From: the human T2T-CHM13v2.0 reference genome, Homo sapiens
Assembly (NCBI RefSeq): GCF_009914755.1
Contig: NC_060944.1
Strand: one strand, 5' to 3'
DNA: 64,000 nt
The notes under the pieces are model-generated. The model searched no databases. It saw only the letters and a program-made list of their open reading frames with translations, and was not told the origin of the DNA. This document shows, piece after piece, positions 43,710 to 64,000 of the stretch (position 1 is its first letter; each line of letters begins with the position of its first letter). The position numbers and the translations under genes were made by a program.

Positions 43710-44805
43710 TTTTCATTGTGATATTCTTTTATAGGTCCTGTGAGATTTATGCTTTAAGGAGATTCTATTTTGTATATTTTGAGGATGTGTTTCAAGATTT
43801 AGAGCTCCTTTTAGCCGTTCTCATAGTGCTGGCCTGGTAGTGGCAAATTCTCTCAACATTTGTCTGAAAAAGACTCTATCTTTCCTTCATTTATAAAGCT
43901 TAGTTTCACTAGATACAAAATTCTGGGCTGATTTTTGTTGTCGTTGTTTAAAGAGGCTAAAGAAAATACCCTAATCCTTTCCAGCTTGTAAGTTTTCTGC
44001 TAAGAAATCTGCTGTTAATCTGATAGGTTTTCCTTTATAGGTGACCTGATGATTTGCCTCACATCTCTTAACATTCTTTTCTTCACCTTGAATTTAGTTA
44101 ACCTGATAATTATGTGCCTAGGTGATGATCTTTATGCAATGAATTTCCCAAGGGTTCTATCAGCTTTTTGTATTTGTATGTCTAGATCTCTAGCAAGGCC
44201 AAAGAAGATTTCCATGATCATTCCCTCAAATATGTTTTTCAAACTTTTAGATTTCTCTTCTTCCTCAGGAACAGCAATTATTCTTAGGTTTGGCCATTTA
44301 ATGCAATCCCAAACTTGTGAGAGGCTTTGTTTATTTTTAAATTCTATTTTCCTCATCTTTATTGGACTGAGTTAATTTGAAAACTTTGTCTTTGAGCTCA
44401 GAAGTTCTTTCTTCTACTCGTTTGAGTCTATTGCTGAGATTTTCCAGTGGATTTTGCATTTCTCTAAGTGTGTCCTTGATTTCCAAAAGTTGTGATTATA
44501 TTTTGTTTATTCCATCTATTTTCACTACAGATTTTTCAATTCATGTGCTGCATCTTTTTTAAAAATTTCTTTAAATTGGACTTCACCATTCTCTGGTGCC
44601 ACCTTGGTGGGTTTAATAATTGACCTTCTGAATTCCTTTTCTGGCAATTCAGAGATTTCATCTTGGTTTGGATCCATGGCTGGTGAGCTGATGTAATTTT
44701 TTGGGGTGTTAACTAACCTGAATTTCTCATACTACCAGAATTGTTTTTTTGGTTTCCTTCACACTTGGGTAAGCTGTGTCAGAGGGAAGATCTGGAACTC
44801 AATGG
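43710..44805 (-). mobile_element. Old L1 (L1PB-like) ORF1 region fragment
   Basis: ORF 44132-44356 (QSLSQVWDCIKWPNLRIIAVPEEEEK) is L1 ORF1-like. Confidence 0.75.
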
Positions 44806-47591
44806 CTGCTCAAGGGCTGACACCAACAAGCTATTCCAGTCATGCTCTACCAGCTGCACATTGGCTGGGGGTCAGGGGGTCTGGTGCTGGCTTGGCTTGT
44901 GTCTTCATGCTGGGGCCCATGCTGAAGGGGTGGTGCCTGTCTGTGCCTCGTTCTTCTCATGGAGGCTCAGAGAAGAGCAGGAGGACCGGCTTCTCACACA
45001 TGCCAGTTAAGGGCTCTGTGCTTGTCCCATGTGTTAACATCCTATGGGCCAAGCAAGACCCATGACCATGCACAACGGCAATGGGGGTCTACTCTGCATT
45101 TCCTGGACAGAGGCGCTGCTAGCTGCCTGGCAGAGGGCATGGATGTATACTTTAGTTCCAGTGAGGGAGCCAGCTGTCCATCCATCCTGCCACACCCCCG
45201 TGAATCTTGGAAAAACACTGCTGTGACATGGCACATATGTGCCCAGGAAGCTGGTGGATTTCGTGCTGGCAGTGATTGGCTGAACTCCCGCTATCAAGGC
45301 TGACTTTTCTCTGTCTCCTTTGTCCCCTCCTGGGATGTCTGGGAAGTGTTGGCTTCTAAGGAGTCCTCCAAGTGCGGACAGCTCCCTTTTCAGGCCCTCT
45401 TTTTCTTCTCTATAAAAATGAGCAGGTCAAAGGCCATGGCTTCAGAGAGTCCTTTTTAGGCCTATAATTTGTGATCCATTGATTACTGTGTTACTCCGGA
45501 TGAAGAATTTACCCCCTCCGACCTCCATTCCCAACTCTACCTATTGCTGCCAATGTGGTACCAGACTCACAGGCCCATGCTGGTGGGGGTGTGCATGTGG
45601 GAGAGGGGGCTTATGGTGAAAACCCAGGAGGAAACAGAAGAAGGCGGCTGTGAAACAGTAGTGACCCCCCTGTGTTGCAGAGGGAGGTGCAGGTACAGTG
45701 AGTGGTGGGGAACATGGCTGTCCCTTGTGAGGCAACACGTCTGGTGGAAGCAGAGGGCGCTTCTTCCTCAACCTCTGCCCATGCATTCTCTCCAGTGCGC
45801 CAGTCCCTGCCGTCTCACACCCCGTTTCTCTGCTCCAAGGAACAGTACAGGGTGTGGACACTGGTAAAGCTTATGCTTAGTAACCAGCTGGCCTGTAGCT
45901 TCATGGTACTGTGGCTTGGCTGGGAAGTCCATGTTAGGCTGGGAAGCATGAGCCGAGACCTTCCAACAAGCTGAGCACACAGGCCTGTGCATGATGGGTG
46001 GGGCTGCGGTGTCAATGCTGAGGCAGCACTTTACTGTATTTTTAATTTTTAATTTTTTATAAAAGATAAAAAGATGATGGAAGTACGTCAGGAGGACACA
46101 GGAAACAGCTTAAAGGGGCTCTCACTATTCAACTCTGAGATATTTTAACATTCAAATAAGTGATAGTAACAGATTACAACTCATTGAATAAAATAAGAAA
46201 CCATGAGTCTTCTAGATCTGTGGATAAATAGATGATTAACAGATAGAGAGATGGAAAGATAGATACAGATAAAGGAGAAAAGTTCTTCCTTGGAGTAAAA
46301 AGAATGCCATTAATAAATATAGAAAAAAGAAGCAATTTTATTTTTCTATATTCATTAGAAAAGAAGTAATAAACCTTTTTTTATTGTAGTTTTGAAGTGA
46401 CTTCAAACTTACAAAAAGCAGCAAGAGTAATATAAAGAGCTCCTGTACACACCCAGACCCTCCCACTCCTCACATTGTGTCTCGCGCGCTTTTCCCTGTT
46501 TCTATATGTGTACGCACTGTTACAGCTTTTCCAGAGCCATTTCAGAGCAAGTTGCAGGTGTGACTCCTTTTGTCCTTAGACATTCTCATGTGTGTCCCCT
46601 AAGGCCAAGGACATTCTCCAGCACAGCTTCAGTGCAGTGAGTGGAATCACAGCACTAGCATGGGTCCACATTGTCGTCTAATCTGTCGTCCATGCAATTC
46701 ATCAACCGTGTGTCGTTGTCAGGCAGCTTCAGTCTCCTCTGATCTGAAACAGTTTCTCAGTCTTTCTTATCTTTGTGATCTTGTCATTTTTGAAGATAAC
46801 TGGCGATTTCATAGAATGTCCTCAGCTGGGCTTTGTCAATGGATGAGATTCAGGCTATGCAGGTTTTCAGAGAACTGTAAATATGATCTTGTTTCTCCCA
46901 GTACCTCCTACCAGGAGGCCATAACAACGCTGTCCCACGGCTGATAGACACTAACTTTGATCTCTAGGTTCAGATGGTATCTGACAGCTATCTGCACAGT
47001 ATGGTTTACTCTTCTCTCCTTTATAATTAAGAATTATTTCATGGAGCAATACTTTGAAACATTTATTTATGTCTTATAAAGTTTTCACTTTTGCTTTCTA
47101 GCTTTAGCATACAATAATAATTCCTGTTTGAATCAATTGTTATTATGATTGCTTTCAAATTGTATTCCTAACTGCATTTTAAAAAAATACTTATAAATGA
47201 CATTCATTCTACTGCAAGGAAACACTTTTCCCTTTTACCTACCTATCCATATATCTGTTAGTCATATATCTTTCTATAGATCTATCTGACTCATGGTTTC
47301 TTATTTTACTCAGGGAGTTAGAATGTATTGTTCTTGCTTATTAGAATGTGAAAATTACATTAGATTAGGCTAGTGGGAGCCCCTTTAAGCTGCTTCCTGT
47401 GTCCTCTTAATATATTTCCATCATTATTTGAGCCTATCCTTACTTTCTGATAAAACAAGAAGTTCCGGATTTATATTTTACTTTCTCTGATCCAAGGTGA
47501 AAATCAGTGGTTGGAATCTGCAGTGAATGTAGAAAGCAATTCCCGCGTGCTCCCTGTACTCACCACTCCTGGAATGCCATGAGGCCTCAGT

Positions 47592-47803
47592 CAGTGGTTC
47601 TCAACCTGGGGCAATTTTGCTTCCCAGGGCACATTTGGTAATGTCTAGGGTGTCTTTGGTTGTTCCAATTTGTAAGGCAGGTGCTACTGGCATTTAGGGA
47701 GAGAGGACAGGGATGCTGATCAACATTCTGCAATGCACAGGACATTTCCAGAAAAAGAATTCCTAGGTCTCAAATGGCCACAGTGCAGAAGGTGAGGAAC
47801 CTT
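47592..47803 (+). mobile_element. MER20 DNA transposon (full length)
   Basis: cagtggttctcaacctggggcaattttgc...ggtgaggaaccttg with terminal inverted repeats. Confidence 0.8.
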
Positions 47804-50800
47804 GTTCTTGGCCTTGTCTGTTGGTCAGTGCTAAAAAAAAACACAAAAAAACTTACCCACGTGTAGATAGCTATTGTTCTATTACCTAGTTATGTATTAA
47901 AAACTCTGAGTTAATATCGACACCAAACCCAAAGCAATGAGATTCTTTCCAGTCCCCTCCTTTCTATAGTTGTGGCTCCTTTCTTGGACAATTATCAACT
48001 TTAATTCCATTATCATCAATATATTTACTTGCTTTCTGTGTACTAGAACTCACAGAAAGTGAAACATTATTCTAGATCAGTGTTTCCAAATTTATCTTCA
48101 CAGGACACTCTCACGGTTGCTGATACGTGTTAGCCTTTCCCTGCAAAACACAAAGAATATGAGGAACAGAATCAACTAGGAAAGTTGGAAGAGAATTAAT
48201 CAGATTCTTATCGCAAGTATTTTATGTTTTAATGAATATTCTAATGTGCATTGCTATCTCTGAATGGAGGCTTTTGTATACAGAATAATTTCAATGTATT
48301 TTTCGAGGAATCTTTGAAAATGTAATTAGGAGCATGTATTAACTCATAGCCACATTTGTGCTGTGTGCAACAGTTTGCAAACACTGTTTTAGATCTTTTG
48401 CACCCTGCAAGGAGTTTTTCTAGATTTTTCCATGAACATAAAGAATTTCATGCTTTTGAGGAAATTCATTACTAAGAAATATTTATACAGCTGGTTTTCT
48501 CTGTAGTAGTACACTATTGCATGAGACTGTGTATGTGTGTTTGAGATTGTGTGTGTGCATGCACCTGAACAAGGCACCAATCCCTCAGGAGCCTGAGAGC
48601 TGCCCACTACGGGTCCCCTGATGGCTCACTCCATTCAGCAGCTCTTGTGTTCCCCTGGAAGCCCTCATTGCTGTTTTCTGAGGTCTCTGGGTTCCCACTG
48701 CAGCATTTGTTATCACTGTCGAGTTCAGCAGCACCATGGCATTTTCCTAGGGTAGCATCACATTGGAGATGCACTCACTTTACCTCCTGTGCTTCCTACC
48801 AGTGGGCTCAACCTACTCCAAGGCACCCTCTTCTAGTGAGAATCACAGGCTGAGAAGGAAAGAAGGGGGTGTCTATCAGCTGCCGTGCCATTGCCTCTCT
48901 GCCTCCTTTGTTCCATGCACATGGAACACTGTCTACTTGCTCAATGCTGTGGTCTCAGCCCTAGCACTGGACTCAGTAAGGAATTAGTTGAGTGAATGAA
49001 AGGATTCTCCAACAATCTTTATAAAATGTGTTTTCCACATTTTTCAGACAAGGAACCTGCAACAAAAAGTGTCAGACCCCACACTGTGATCTCAACACTG
49101 CTGAGCTCTGCCTGGAATCTTGGAACTCTCCAGCGATCTCCTCTCCTTAAGAGTGGATGTAGGATACCTGTACGCATTCCTTCAAAATAAGGTTATGGTG
49201 TGCCTGTTGTATGCTAGGAATTATCTTCTCATCAGAAAAAGAATCTCTCTATATTTTGGGAATATGTGAAGAACAAAATGATGATGTGTAAGAGATTCTT
49301 GCCAAATTGCTTGGCACAGAGAAGCCCTGGAGAAAGGGTGACAGTGTTGTTGGTGGGGTCTCTGCTGGCTGGGTTCCAGGACTCTTCTTCTGGGACACCC
49401 TGTGCTTCCTGCCACCCTCCGCAGGGTCATTTCTTATCCTTCCTCGTTTGCACTTTGATATTTCCTGCTAAGATTTCACTATTTTTCAAAAGATCCAAAA
49501 GTAATTAAAACTCTAGCCATTGAAATGGCAGTTCTAACAAGTCGTCTTAGAGTCATCACGGCCTCATGGGGGCTGCCAGCAAGCTATCCACATGGAATCA
49601 TTTTATACACAGTGGGAAAGTCTCTGAAACATCCACAAAGGCATGTTCATCCAGTATGCACACTGAGTGTCCTCCACATTCCACAGATTGTGAGAAGCAC
49701 AGACACATTACAGAGAATGAGATGGATACAATATTGCCTTCAACAAACTGGTGGCCAAGCCAAATTCTAACTGCAGAGAAGGATCAGGAAGGATCGATTT
49801 GAGGAAATAACATGTGAGCTAGACTTTTAAGGAGGCGAAAGAGCCAGCTGCAGAAAGCCAACAAGAGGGGTGTTTAATGCAAAGAAAATCATAAACCGAT
49901 CCCTAGCTGGAAATGATCCTAACCTGTGGAAGCTCCTGAATTGAGTGAGGGACCGGCCGGCAGGAGAGGTAAGCAGACTGGGTTTGGTGGATGAGCAGAT
50001 ATCAATTCCTGCCACACCTTTCACACCGTGCTGAAGAATTTCTGTTTTACTCCAAGTGAAATGAGAAGCCTTTGAAAGGTTTTACCAGGACATGACAGTA
50101 CACCTTTTGTATTGTTAGAAGGCTGGCGTGACCACAGGGAAGGAACAGGCTTCTAGTCGGTGAGAATGGGAGGGTGGAGAACAGTCAGGAGGACATTGCA
50201 GTTCCTCAGGGAGGAGAGGATAGTGGCCTGTGTCTGTGCAGTGGCTGGGAGGTGGAGCACAGGAGACTCAGGATGCCTATGAGAGGTGGCGGGGCAGGAC
50301 TTGCTAAGGGCTGGGTAGAGGGCGCAGTGAGGAGGAAAGAACAGAACTCCAGCCCAGGCCTGAGTAAGTCACAGGTTGGTTACTCAGCCAAGGCAGAGGT
50401 GAGGATGAGCAGATTGTCAGGGCTGGCGCTTTGGAGAGGAATCCAGAGCTGTTCCCACAGAGGCTTGGGATGTCATGCATGTAGGAGTGTGGATCTCAAA
50501 TGCTACTCCCTGGATCCAGCCTGGAGGTTCAGGTTTTACGAGCTTGCAGGGGAGGGAATCTCTCAATTTTGATCATGGACTTCATTTGGGGCAATGCCAC
50601 ATGGTTTTCCATTATGAATTAATGATAGTCAATTTTAATCTTTGCCAACCATATTTGGAAAATCAACATTAGCAGTTCTTAATCTAAAAAAGCATGGATT
50701 ACAGGAACCCAGAGTCTATAACCCATGGCTTGGAAGGTGTCTGAGAGGGATCCTGGGCTGTATCAGAGTTGGCAGGCAGGGTGGGTGGCTGATTTCTGAG

Positions 50801-51642
50801 AGACAGAGGGCATCTGACGGGAACTAAGGTGGGAAGAGGCTCACAGAGTGGCAATCATCCAACCTCACGATAAAGAAGAGGACAATATGTTGAAATGTGA
50901 CATGTGACGATGAAGACATCATGAAGAGAATCTTGCAAGGCGGCAGAGAAACCAAAAGCTACAGGGCAATTCCTTTGCCCACAGCCACCTGACCTAAAAA
51001 TCCTGCTGGGTTCATGAGTTTGCAGAGAACCTCTGTAAGGTGGGGCCTGCATCCTCCACTTCACCACACTGACCACCAGAGGGAAGCACTCACCCACTGA
51101 TGTCCAGTCCCTCAGGTCCCTCTACTCCAGCTTCACCCTGGGGAGCAGGCTCTGCAGGTGGCCCTGGGGTCGACATAGGGTCTGCCTTGAAGGAAGAAGC
51201 TCTACAAACTAAACACTCCCTGAGTGCTGTATGGGTTCTGCAGAGGCCCCTCTGCTTGGCTCTGTCCTTGCTGCTCTGGGTTACCTGGGTGTGCAGGGTT
51301 TTATTGCTCAGAGCCATGGCCAGTAGATGGCATAGACTCCTGTTCCTGCAGCTGTCCCCACAGCCCCTGCTGGACAGGCCCAGAATGGACCCTCTCAGAA
51401 GACAAGGACTCTCTCAGGGTGGGTGATGAACATGTGGACAACTCTGGGGACAAGTCTGGTTTCTTTCCTCTCTTTCACTCTTCCCCCTTCCGCTTATCTC
51501 CCTGTTCACTCTCTTCCTCCTCTCCCCATTTACTAAAGCTACCCATCTCCCATCTCCTTCTTGCTCATGGTCCCTTCTGGAGGTCAGAGGTATGAATGCC
51601 AGGGAAAATCTACTTTTGTTCCTGCGGTTAATAGGGACACGT

Positions 51643-51945
51643 GGCTGGGCGCGGTGGCTCACGCCTGTAATCCCAGCACTTTGGGAGGCCGAGGCGGGCG
51701 GATCACAAGGTCAGGAGATCGAGACCATCTTGGCTAACACGGTGAAACCCCGTCTCTACTAAAAATACAAAAAATTAGCCGGGCGCGGTGGCGGGCACCT
51801 GTAGTCCCAGCTACTCAGGAGGCTGAGGCAGGAGAATGGCGTGAACCTGGGAGGCGGAGCTTGCAGTGAGCCGAGATTATGCCACTGCAATCCGGCCTGG
51901 GCTAAAGAGAGGGACTCCGTCTCAAAAAAAAAAAAAAAAAAAAAA
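51643..51945 (+). mobile_element. AluY (AluYe-like), young
   Basis: CpG-rich with a pure A tail; 13-bp TSD aatagggacacgt (51630-51642 / 51946-51958); 3' end tgcaatccggcctgggctaaagag. Confidence 0.92.
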
Positions 51946-52129
51946 AATAGGGACACGTGATCCATTTGTGACAGACACAGTTTTCCATCAAAGATGAGGA
52001 GTCTAAGGAGAAGATTTACCTGTGTACCGACCTGATAAATCTCTAGAGAGTAGAACTCTCTTACTGGTACCTGGTCAGGCCTGGTGCTTACATTCTGCTC
52101 CAAACAGATTCATCCTCTCTCATAAAACA

Positions 52130-52975
52130 TAATATCACCACCATCTCCATCCAAGCCATCACCATTATCATCATGACAATCACCACTGTCCCATCACCAT
52201 CACCGTTACCACCACTGTTGTAAACATCATCACTAGTGTCACCATTATTATCTCCAACATCACCATCATCACTCTCAGTACCATCAGCACATTTATCCCC
52301 ATTATCATCAACACCCCATCACCACTATTACTATCACTATCAACCACCATCACCATCATTATCAACACCATTGCCATTGCCATCAGTATTACTACTAACA
52401 TCACCATCACCACTATCACCACAACCACCACCATTACCATCACCATCATCATCACTACCATCACCAACACCATTGCCATCACCATTACCACCACAATCAC
52501 CATGGTAATCCTCATCAGTAACACCATCATCATCATGACTACCATTACCAATATCAACATGACCACCATAACCACCATCATCACCACATCACTGTCTTCA
52601 TTACCATCATCACCATAATCACCGCCACTCTCACCACCATCATCACTATCATCAGCACCATCATCTCCGTTATCATCACCGCCAGCACCATTACTGCCAC
52701 CACCATCACCATCCCCACTTTTGCCACATCATAACCACTATCACCACCATCACCAACATTATCACCACCATCATCACTACCATCACCATGCTATGACCAT
52801 TATCACCAACATGACCACTACAATCCCCATCATCACCATCACTATCACCACCATTACTATCATCATCACCAGGATCACCACTGCTGCTATAGCATCATCA
52901 TCAGCATCTTCACCACCATCACCATCTCCATCTCCACAATACTGTCATCATCACCATCATCATTTTCACTGTCAC
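52130..52975. repeat. Degenerate (CAT/CAC)n trinucleotide repeat, second copy
   Basis: Read directly; its flanks are homologous to those of 34900-35760. Confidence 0.95.
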
Positions 52976-55319
52976 TGCCAGGTGTCAGCAGTTACTCTGC
53001 ATTGGACATTGTGTTATGCCCTTTATCAACCTCTTGTGATTATACAGTCACTCTGATTCTATATTTTATACAGAAAAAGAAGGTGGTAATTGGCTTTGTA
53101 ACATTATAACTGCCTTCTAGTCTCAGAACTAGTTTGAAATCAATAAAAAAGAAGACTTATTTTATTTTTCATCTCCCACATTGCTGGATGCTGTCTAGAT
53201 AGGTCTGGTCTGGACATCCACAGTGAAGTCCTCACTAGTCCACTGGTCTCCACCCTTAGATTCCATTTCTCTGGTCCTCAAATGTTCTGAAAGCCATATC
53301 CCCTGCCACATGAGGTCCTGGAAACTTGCCCTCTGTGGCTGCCTTCCAGCTTTTCCCCATCACATAGCTTGGCCTTTAGAGAAGCTGGACTTCCTTGATG
53401 TGCTCAGACACATCCTGTCCAAGCTTATATGAATTTGCCCTTCTGGAAAGTGCACCTGTAGCTCCCCACCCACCCTAGATCTTTGCCTCTTCAAATATAA
53501 CATGCTTCCAAAGTTCAGGTCTACACAAACCTTTTCTATAAATCCTTCTCTGATCCGTGTAGCCAGGTGTGAACCTTTTGATTTTGGTCTCCTACAGCAC
53601 TTTTATGTTCACTGTAGGCATTTATCATCCTCCTCTCATGGTCTTTCTTACTTGTATGTCTATTTCTGTCCCCAACCATTCCCTGAGGTCTTGGAGAGCA
53701 AGGACTGAGTCTCCTTCCCCATGTGATGTGCCTTTCAGATATCACTGACAGAATCACAAACCAAAACTAGCTAATAATAATGTCACCTTACAATGAACAT
53801 AATTCAATAATTTATTATAGCATCACATAACTGCTTAGTAGTTACTATTACTGTCTCCATTTTACAGATGAAGAAATTGAACCACAGAGAGGCAAGTATT
53901 ACAAAGTCACACAGCTTATAAGTGGAAGAACCAGGCTTTTAACCCATGCAGTCTGGTTTCATGCTTTTGGCATGAGGTTAGATGTCCCAGCAGTCCCCAG
54001 TCCTCAACACCTTTGGATACTTGGCAAATTCCATGGTGGGCCCAGTTTGATAGCCTTTGACCTGGAGCTCAGTGTTTGAAACCCCTGAAACTCCAGGGTC
54101 ATCTCTCCTCATATGGAACTTGACACTTATTCACACCCATATGTCTTGGCCCAGACTCCCTGTTTTGGAATTCCCTTCCCCTATGTCACCTCATTGATTC
54201 CTTTTGTGATTCCACAGAAATTACATTCTCCATAAAGATGACTGTCAAGATTGGGCTACCCAGAGGGAGACCTTGTAACCAGAATTCAATTTCCTGTGGC
54301 TTATCTGGAAGGCAGTCCCAGGGTACACTCCTAGGACAGTGAGGAAATGAAATAGGAATGAGAAGGTGGTCAATACTATGAGTGTGAACTGTCAGGCTAC
54401 TGCTATGTGGCTCCTTTCTGCTGCTAGCTTCTGGGAAATTGTGTTTAACATGTCAGCTGGTGTCAGTCCTTGGAGAATGTGCCAGGGAATTAGTTATCTT
54501 GCACTTACTTGGGATATTTGTACAGGTAAATGGGTACAGATGCTGGCAATTGGAAGTTGGGCTGACAGGTGCTCAAGTAGAGAGGACCCAGCAATGTGGG
54601 GAGCTTGTCCTCCTCTCCCAGCCTCTCTGTGGGTTTGGTTCCCTTCTCTGTGCTCTCCAGTGCCCTGTTCTCTCCTCTGATTTCCACTTCCCTCTCTAGC
54701 AGACCTGACATTCATTGAGGGTGGGTGACTCGGATCTTCCTGTTTGATATCTCCAGCACCCAATCGAGCACCTACCACACATCACATGCTCAATGATACA
54801 GGAGGAGGACACAATTAGGCCCATTTTATGACAAGCCTGAAAATTTTCCATTAATCTTTCTTTAGCAACTTTAATTTACAGACAAATATTCTTGAATAAT
54901 TAAAAGAGGAACATTTTATAAAAGTTGCAGGAACAAAAAGCAAATAGCTTTATGTCATTTAAAAAAAATCACACAGAAAAGTTAAAATGTCTATAAAGGA
55001 AATGAGAGGCAAGGAAAATTGTAATCATTAGCTTGGAGGCCCAAAACTAAAACAAGGTAAAGGTGAAAATGAATCACAGGTACCATGAAGCTCATTCCCT
55101 TCCATGAAACAAGGAATTGGGTAAGAGAGGCAACCCGAAGCCACGTGCCAGCACCCAGACAGTTCCAAGTGGGTTCAGGGCAAAATAATCTTGGCATCTT
55201 GGTGAACTTGGTGGGTGAAAACACAAATGGTCATCAAGGTACTCTGCCTAGGTGATGCTTGACTGCCCAAAGATGGGTAAAATGTTTTCTGTGAACTTTA
55301 AGGCATTTTCAGGATACTG

Positions 55320-55339
55320 TATGTATATGTGTGTGTGTG

Positions 55340-55392
<53 letters not shown>

Positions 55393-55685
55393 TTTTTTCT
55401 TTTTTGAGATGGAGTCTCACTGTGTCCCCCAGGCTGCTGTGCAGTGGTGCAATCTCAGCTAAATACAACCTCCACCTCCTAGATTCAAGCAATTCTCCTG
55501 CCTCAGCCTCCCAAGTAGCTGGGAACACAGGTATGCGCTACCATGCCCGGCTAATTTTTGTATTTTTAGTAAAGACAGGGTTTCATTATGTTGGGCAGGC
55601 TGGTCTCCAACTCCTGACATCAAGTGATCGACCCGCCTTGGCCTCCCAAAGTGCTGGGATTGTAGGCATGAGCCATCTCCCCTGT
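55320..55685 (-). mobile_element. AluS with a (TA)n/(TG)n microsatellite at its tail
   Basis: Alu body ~55392-55685; (TA)n ~55345-55388. Confidence 0.88.
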
Positions 55686-57189
55686 CAGATGACTGTATTT
55701 TGTTATACTATTATTTGGTTTCAGGTCCACTATGTCCAAAATGTCTGGGGAAGTGGAGGTGGTGAGCAGGGAGAAACTGGGATCTGAGCTGTGCCGTTGC
55801 TTGCGTGGTACCCTGGTGCTGTGGGCAGAAACACAGATATCTGCCTGGTGTGATTGGGTGGGCATTTGTGATAGTCTTTAGGGCTGTCCCTTGAGTGCTT
55901 CTGTGTCTTATGGGTACAAGACAGGATTGTCCCCTTCCTTTGAGTTTGTTGTAGTCATGACCTGCTTTGGTCAATATAATAGATGAATAAGTGACATCTG
56001 TTACTTCCAGTTGCACTTGGGGAAAGCTGGTGCTTATTGCCTTGGCCCCTGATACTGTTGTGAGGGTGTCTTCTCCATCATCTTGGGATCCAGAATGAGC
56101 ACAACATAGTTCAGCACCCCCGACACACATGCAGTGCATCTATACAAATAACAGTCACAATAATGGAATGGTATGTTGCTGTCTTAAGTCCCTCATACTT
56201 TTTTTTGTTACCACAGCATAACCCAGCTCATCCTGACTGATGCCACCATTTCCAGATAAGAGAAATGCGACTGAGAAAGATTAAGATATTTTCTTAAGAT
56301 TGGACATTATGTTCCTACCCACTGTGCTTGCCTTATAGGTATGTGTTCTGGTTTTGACAATTAAGATATAGACAAAATGAGGGCAGAAACATTTGATTAT
56401 TTACTCAGAGCAGGAGAAGGAGAAATAGAATTAATGTGAGAGGAAGAAGATATGTAAGGGGAAAAAATAATAAACTAGGAACCAAGCACATGCAATCTTT
56501 ATAATTTCTTAGAATTTTCTTCCCTTTTGAAAGTTTGTTTTATTTTAAAAAAGGAAGGAAGATCTTCCATTAATTTTATAGGACATCTCATGCTTTTTGT
56601 AAAACAGAGTTTTATTCATTTTCCACTAAATGCAAATATTTATTGCCCATCTACTATACACTATACATTCACCTTTGTTCTGCATATTTCTCCTCCTTTT
56701 AAAAGGTATAGTATGTCAACATTCAGTTCATAGATTTATAGCCAAATGTTGTCTGTATACTTATTGGTTTCACTTTGATCTCCTATATCCAGAAAAAGAA
56801 AACAATCAAGAAGAGACTTCAATAACTAATTATAAGATAAACATTAAGGCTTCTGTGTACACTGTACAGTTTGTTTTGAAATTATTTTTGTACTCATTCA
56901 TTCATTTCTCTTAATTTTTTTTTCCAGTTGAAAGAGAGTTTATTTAAGCACAGAGATCAAGCAAGAGTGGAGCACAGGACACACTTTCAGGTTGCCTTGG
57001 GGACTGCTCTGTAGAACAAAAAATCAAACTCAAGATTTTAAGGAAAACAAGTACAAGTGAAGAGAAGGCATGATTACCAAAGTTGTTGATCTAATTCTCA
57101 TTGATTTACAGAAATAACAGTGGCTAACGATCAGCTATACATTGTTGAATTATAGGATGTATGGCATTTAAAAATGTATTTATTTAAAA

Positions 57190-63230
<6,041 letters not shown>

Positions 63231-63285
63231 GTCTTTGAGTATGCTCTGTAGGCCCATGAGAAGAATGTATGTTCTGTGGTTGATG

Positions 63286-63972
63286 TGAGAGGTGAAGACA
63301 GCTAGGCTTCTGGGTCAGGTGGGGACTTGGAGAACTCTTCTGTCTAGCTAAAGGATTGTCAATGCACCAATCAATGCTCTGTGTCCAGCTAAAGGTTTGT
63401 AAATGCACCAGTCAGCACTCTGTAAAAACAGACCAATCAGCACTCTGTAAAATGGACCAATAAGCTCTCTGTAAAATGGACCAGTCAGCAGGATGTGGGT
63501 GGGGCCAAATAAGGTAATAAAAGCTGGCCACCTGAGCCAGCAGCTGCTACCTGGTCAGGTTGCCTTGCATGCTGTGGAGGCTTTGTTCTTTTGCTCTTCA
63601 CGATAAATCTTACTGCTGCTCACTCTTTGCATCTGCACTACCTTTATGAGCTGTAACCCTCACCATGAAGGTCTGCAGTTTCACTCCTGAAGTCAGTGAG
63701 ACCATGAACCCACCAGGAGGAATGAACAACTCCAGATGCGCCACCTTTAAGAGCTGTAACACTCACTGTGAAGGTCTGCGGCTTCACTTCTGAAGTCAGC
63801 AAGACCACAAATCCAGCAGAAGGAAGAAACTCCAGACATATCTGAACTTCAGAAGGAACAACTCTGGACACACCATCTTTAAGAACTGTAACACTCACCA
63901 TGAGGGTCCACGGCTTCATTCTTGAAGTCAGCAAGACCAAGAACCCACCAGAAAGAACCAATTCTGGACACA
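63286..63972 (+). mobile_element. LTR12 (ERV9) 5' LTR
   Basis: tgagaggtgaag...CCAAT-containing repeats...gagctgtaacactcac repeats...ctggacaca. Confidence 0.92.
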
Positions 63973-64000
63973 TTTTGGTGATCATGAAGGCACTATTGCC
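63973..64000 (+). mobile_element. Start of ERV9 internal sequence (degenerate Arg PBS)
   Basis: ttttggtgatcatgaaggcactattgcc immediately follows the LTR. Confidence 0.7.

Overview
Human (primate) genomic DNA from the type-2 cystatin cluster, which is at 20p11.21 by established knowledge. The minus strand carries exons 1-2 of CST1 (cystatin SN; exon 3 lies left of the window) and, about 25 kb upstream, a complete three-exon unprocessed cystatin pseudogene (probably CST2P1/CSTP2). The rest is transposon-rich: a truncated HERV-K(HML-2) provirus, a solo LTR7, an LTR12/ERV9 5' end, several L1s (one 5'-inverted), Alus and MER elements. Several multi-kb paralogous blocks remain from tandem duplication. 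I see no evidence for a new multi-gene system. The most unusual observations are: (i) a 336-bp insert of cystatin intron 2 plus a MER41 5' end, flanked by a perfect 16-bp direct repeat; (ii) patchwork similarity of the pseudogene to CST1 (an intron segment ~94% identical, exon 2 ~75%); (iii) a sense-oriented HERV-K LTR with its major splice donor 5.3 kb upstream of CST1; (iv) a duplicated AATAAAA-ATG-splice-donor module in non-repeat DNA. Repeat family names are from memory of consensus sequences, and identities were counted by hand.
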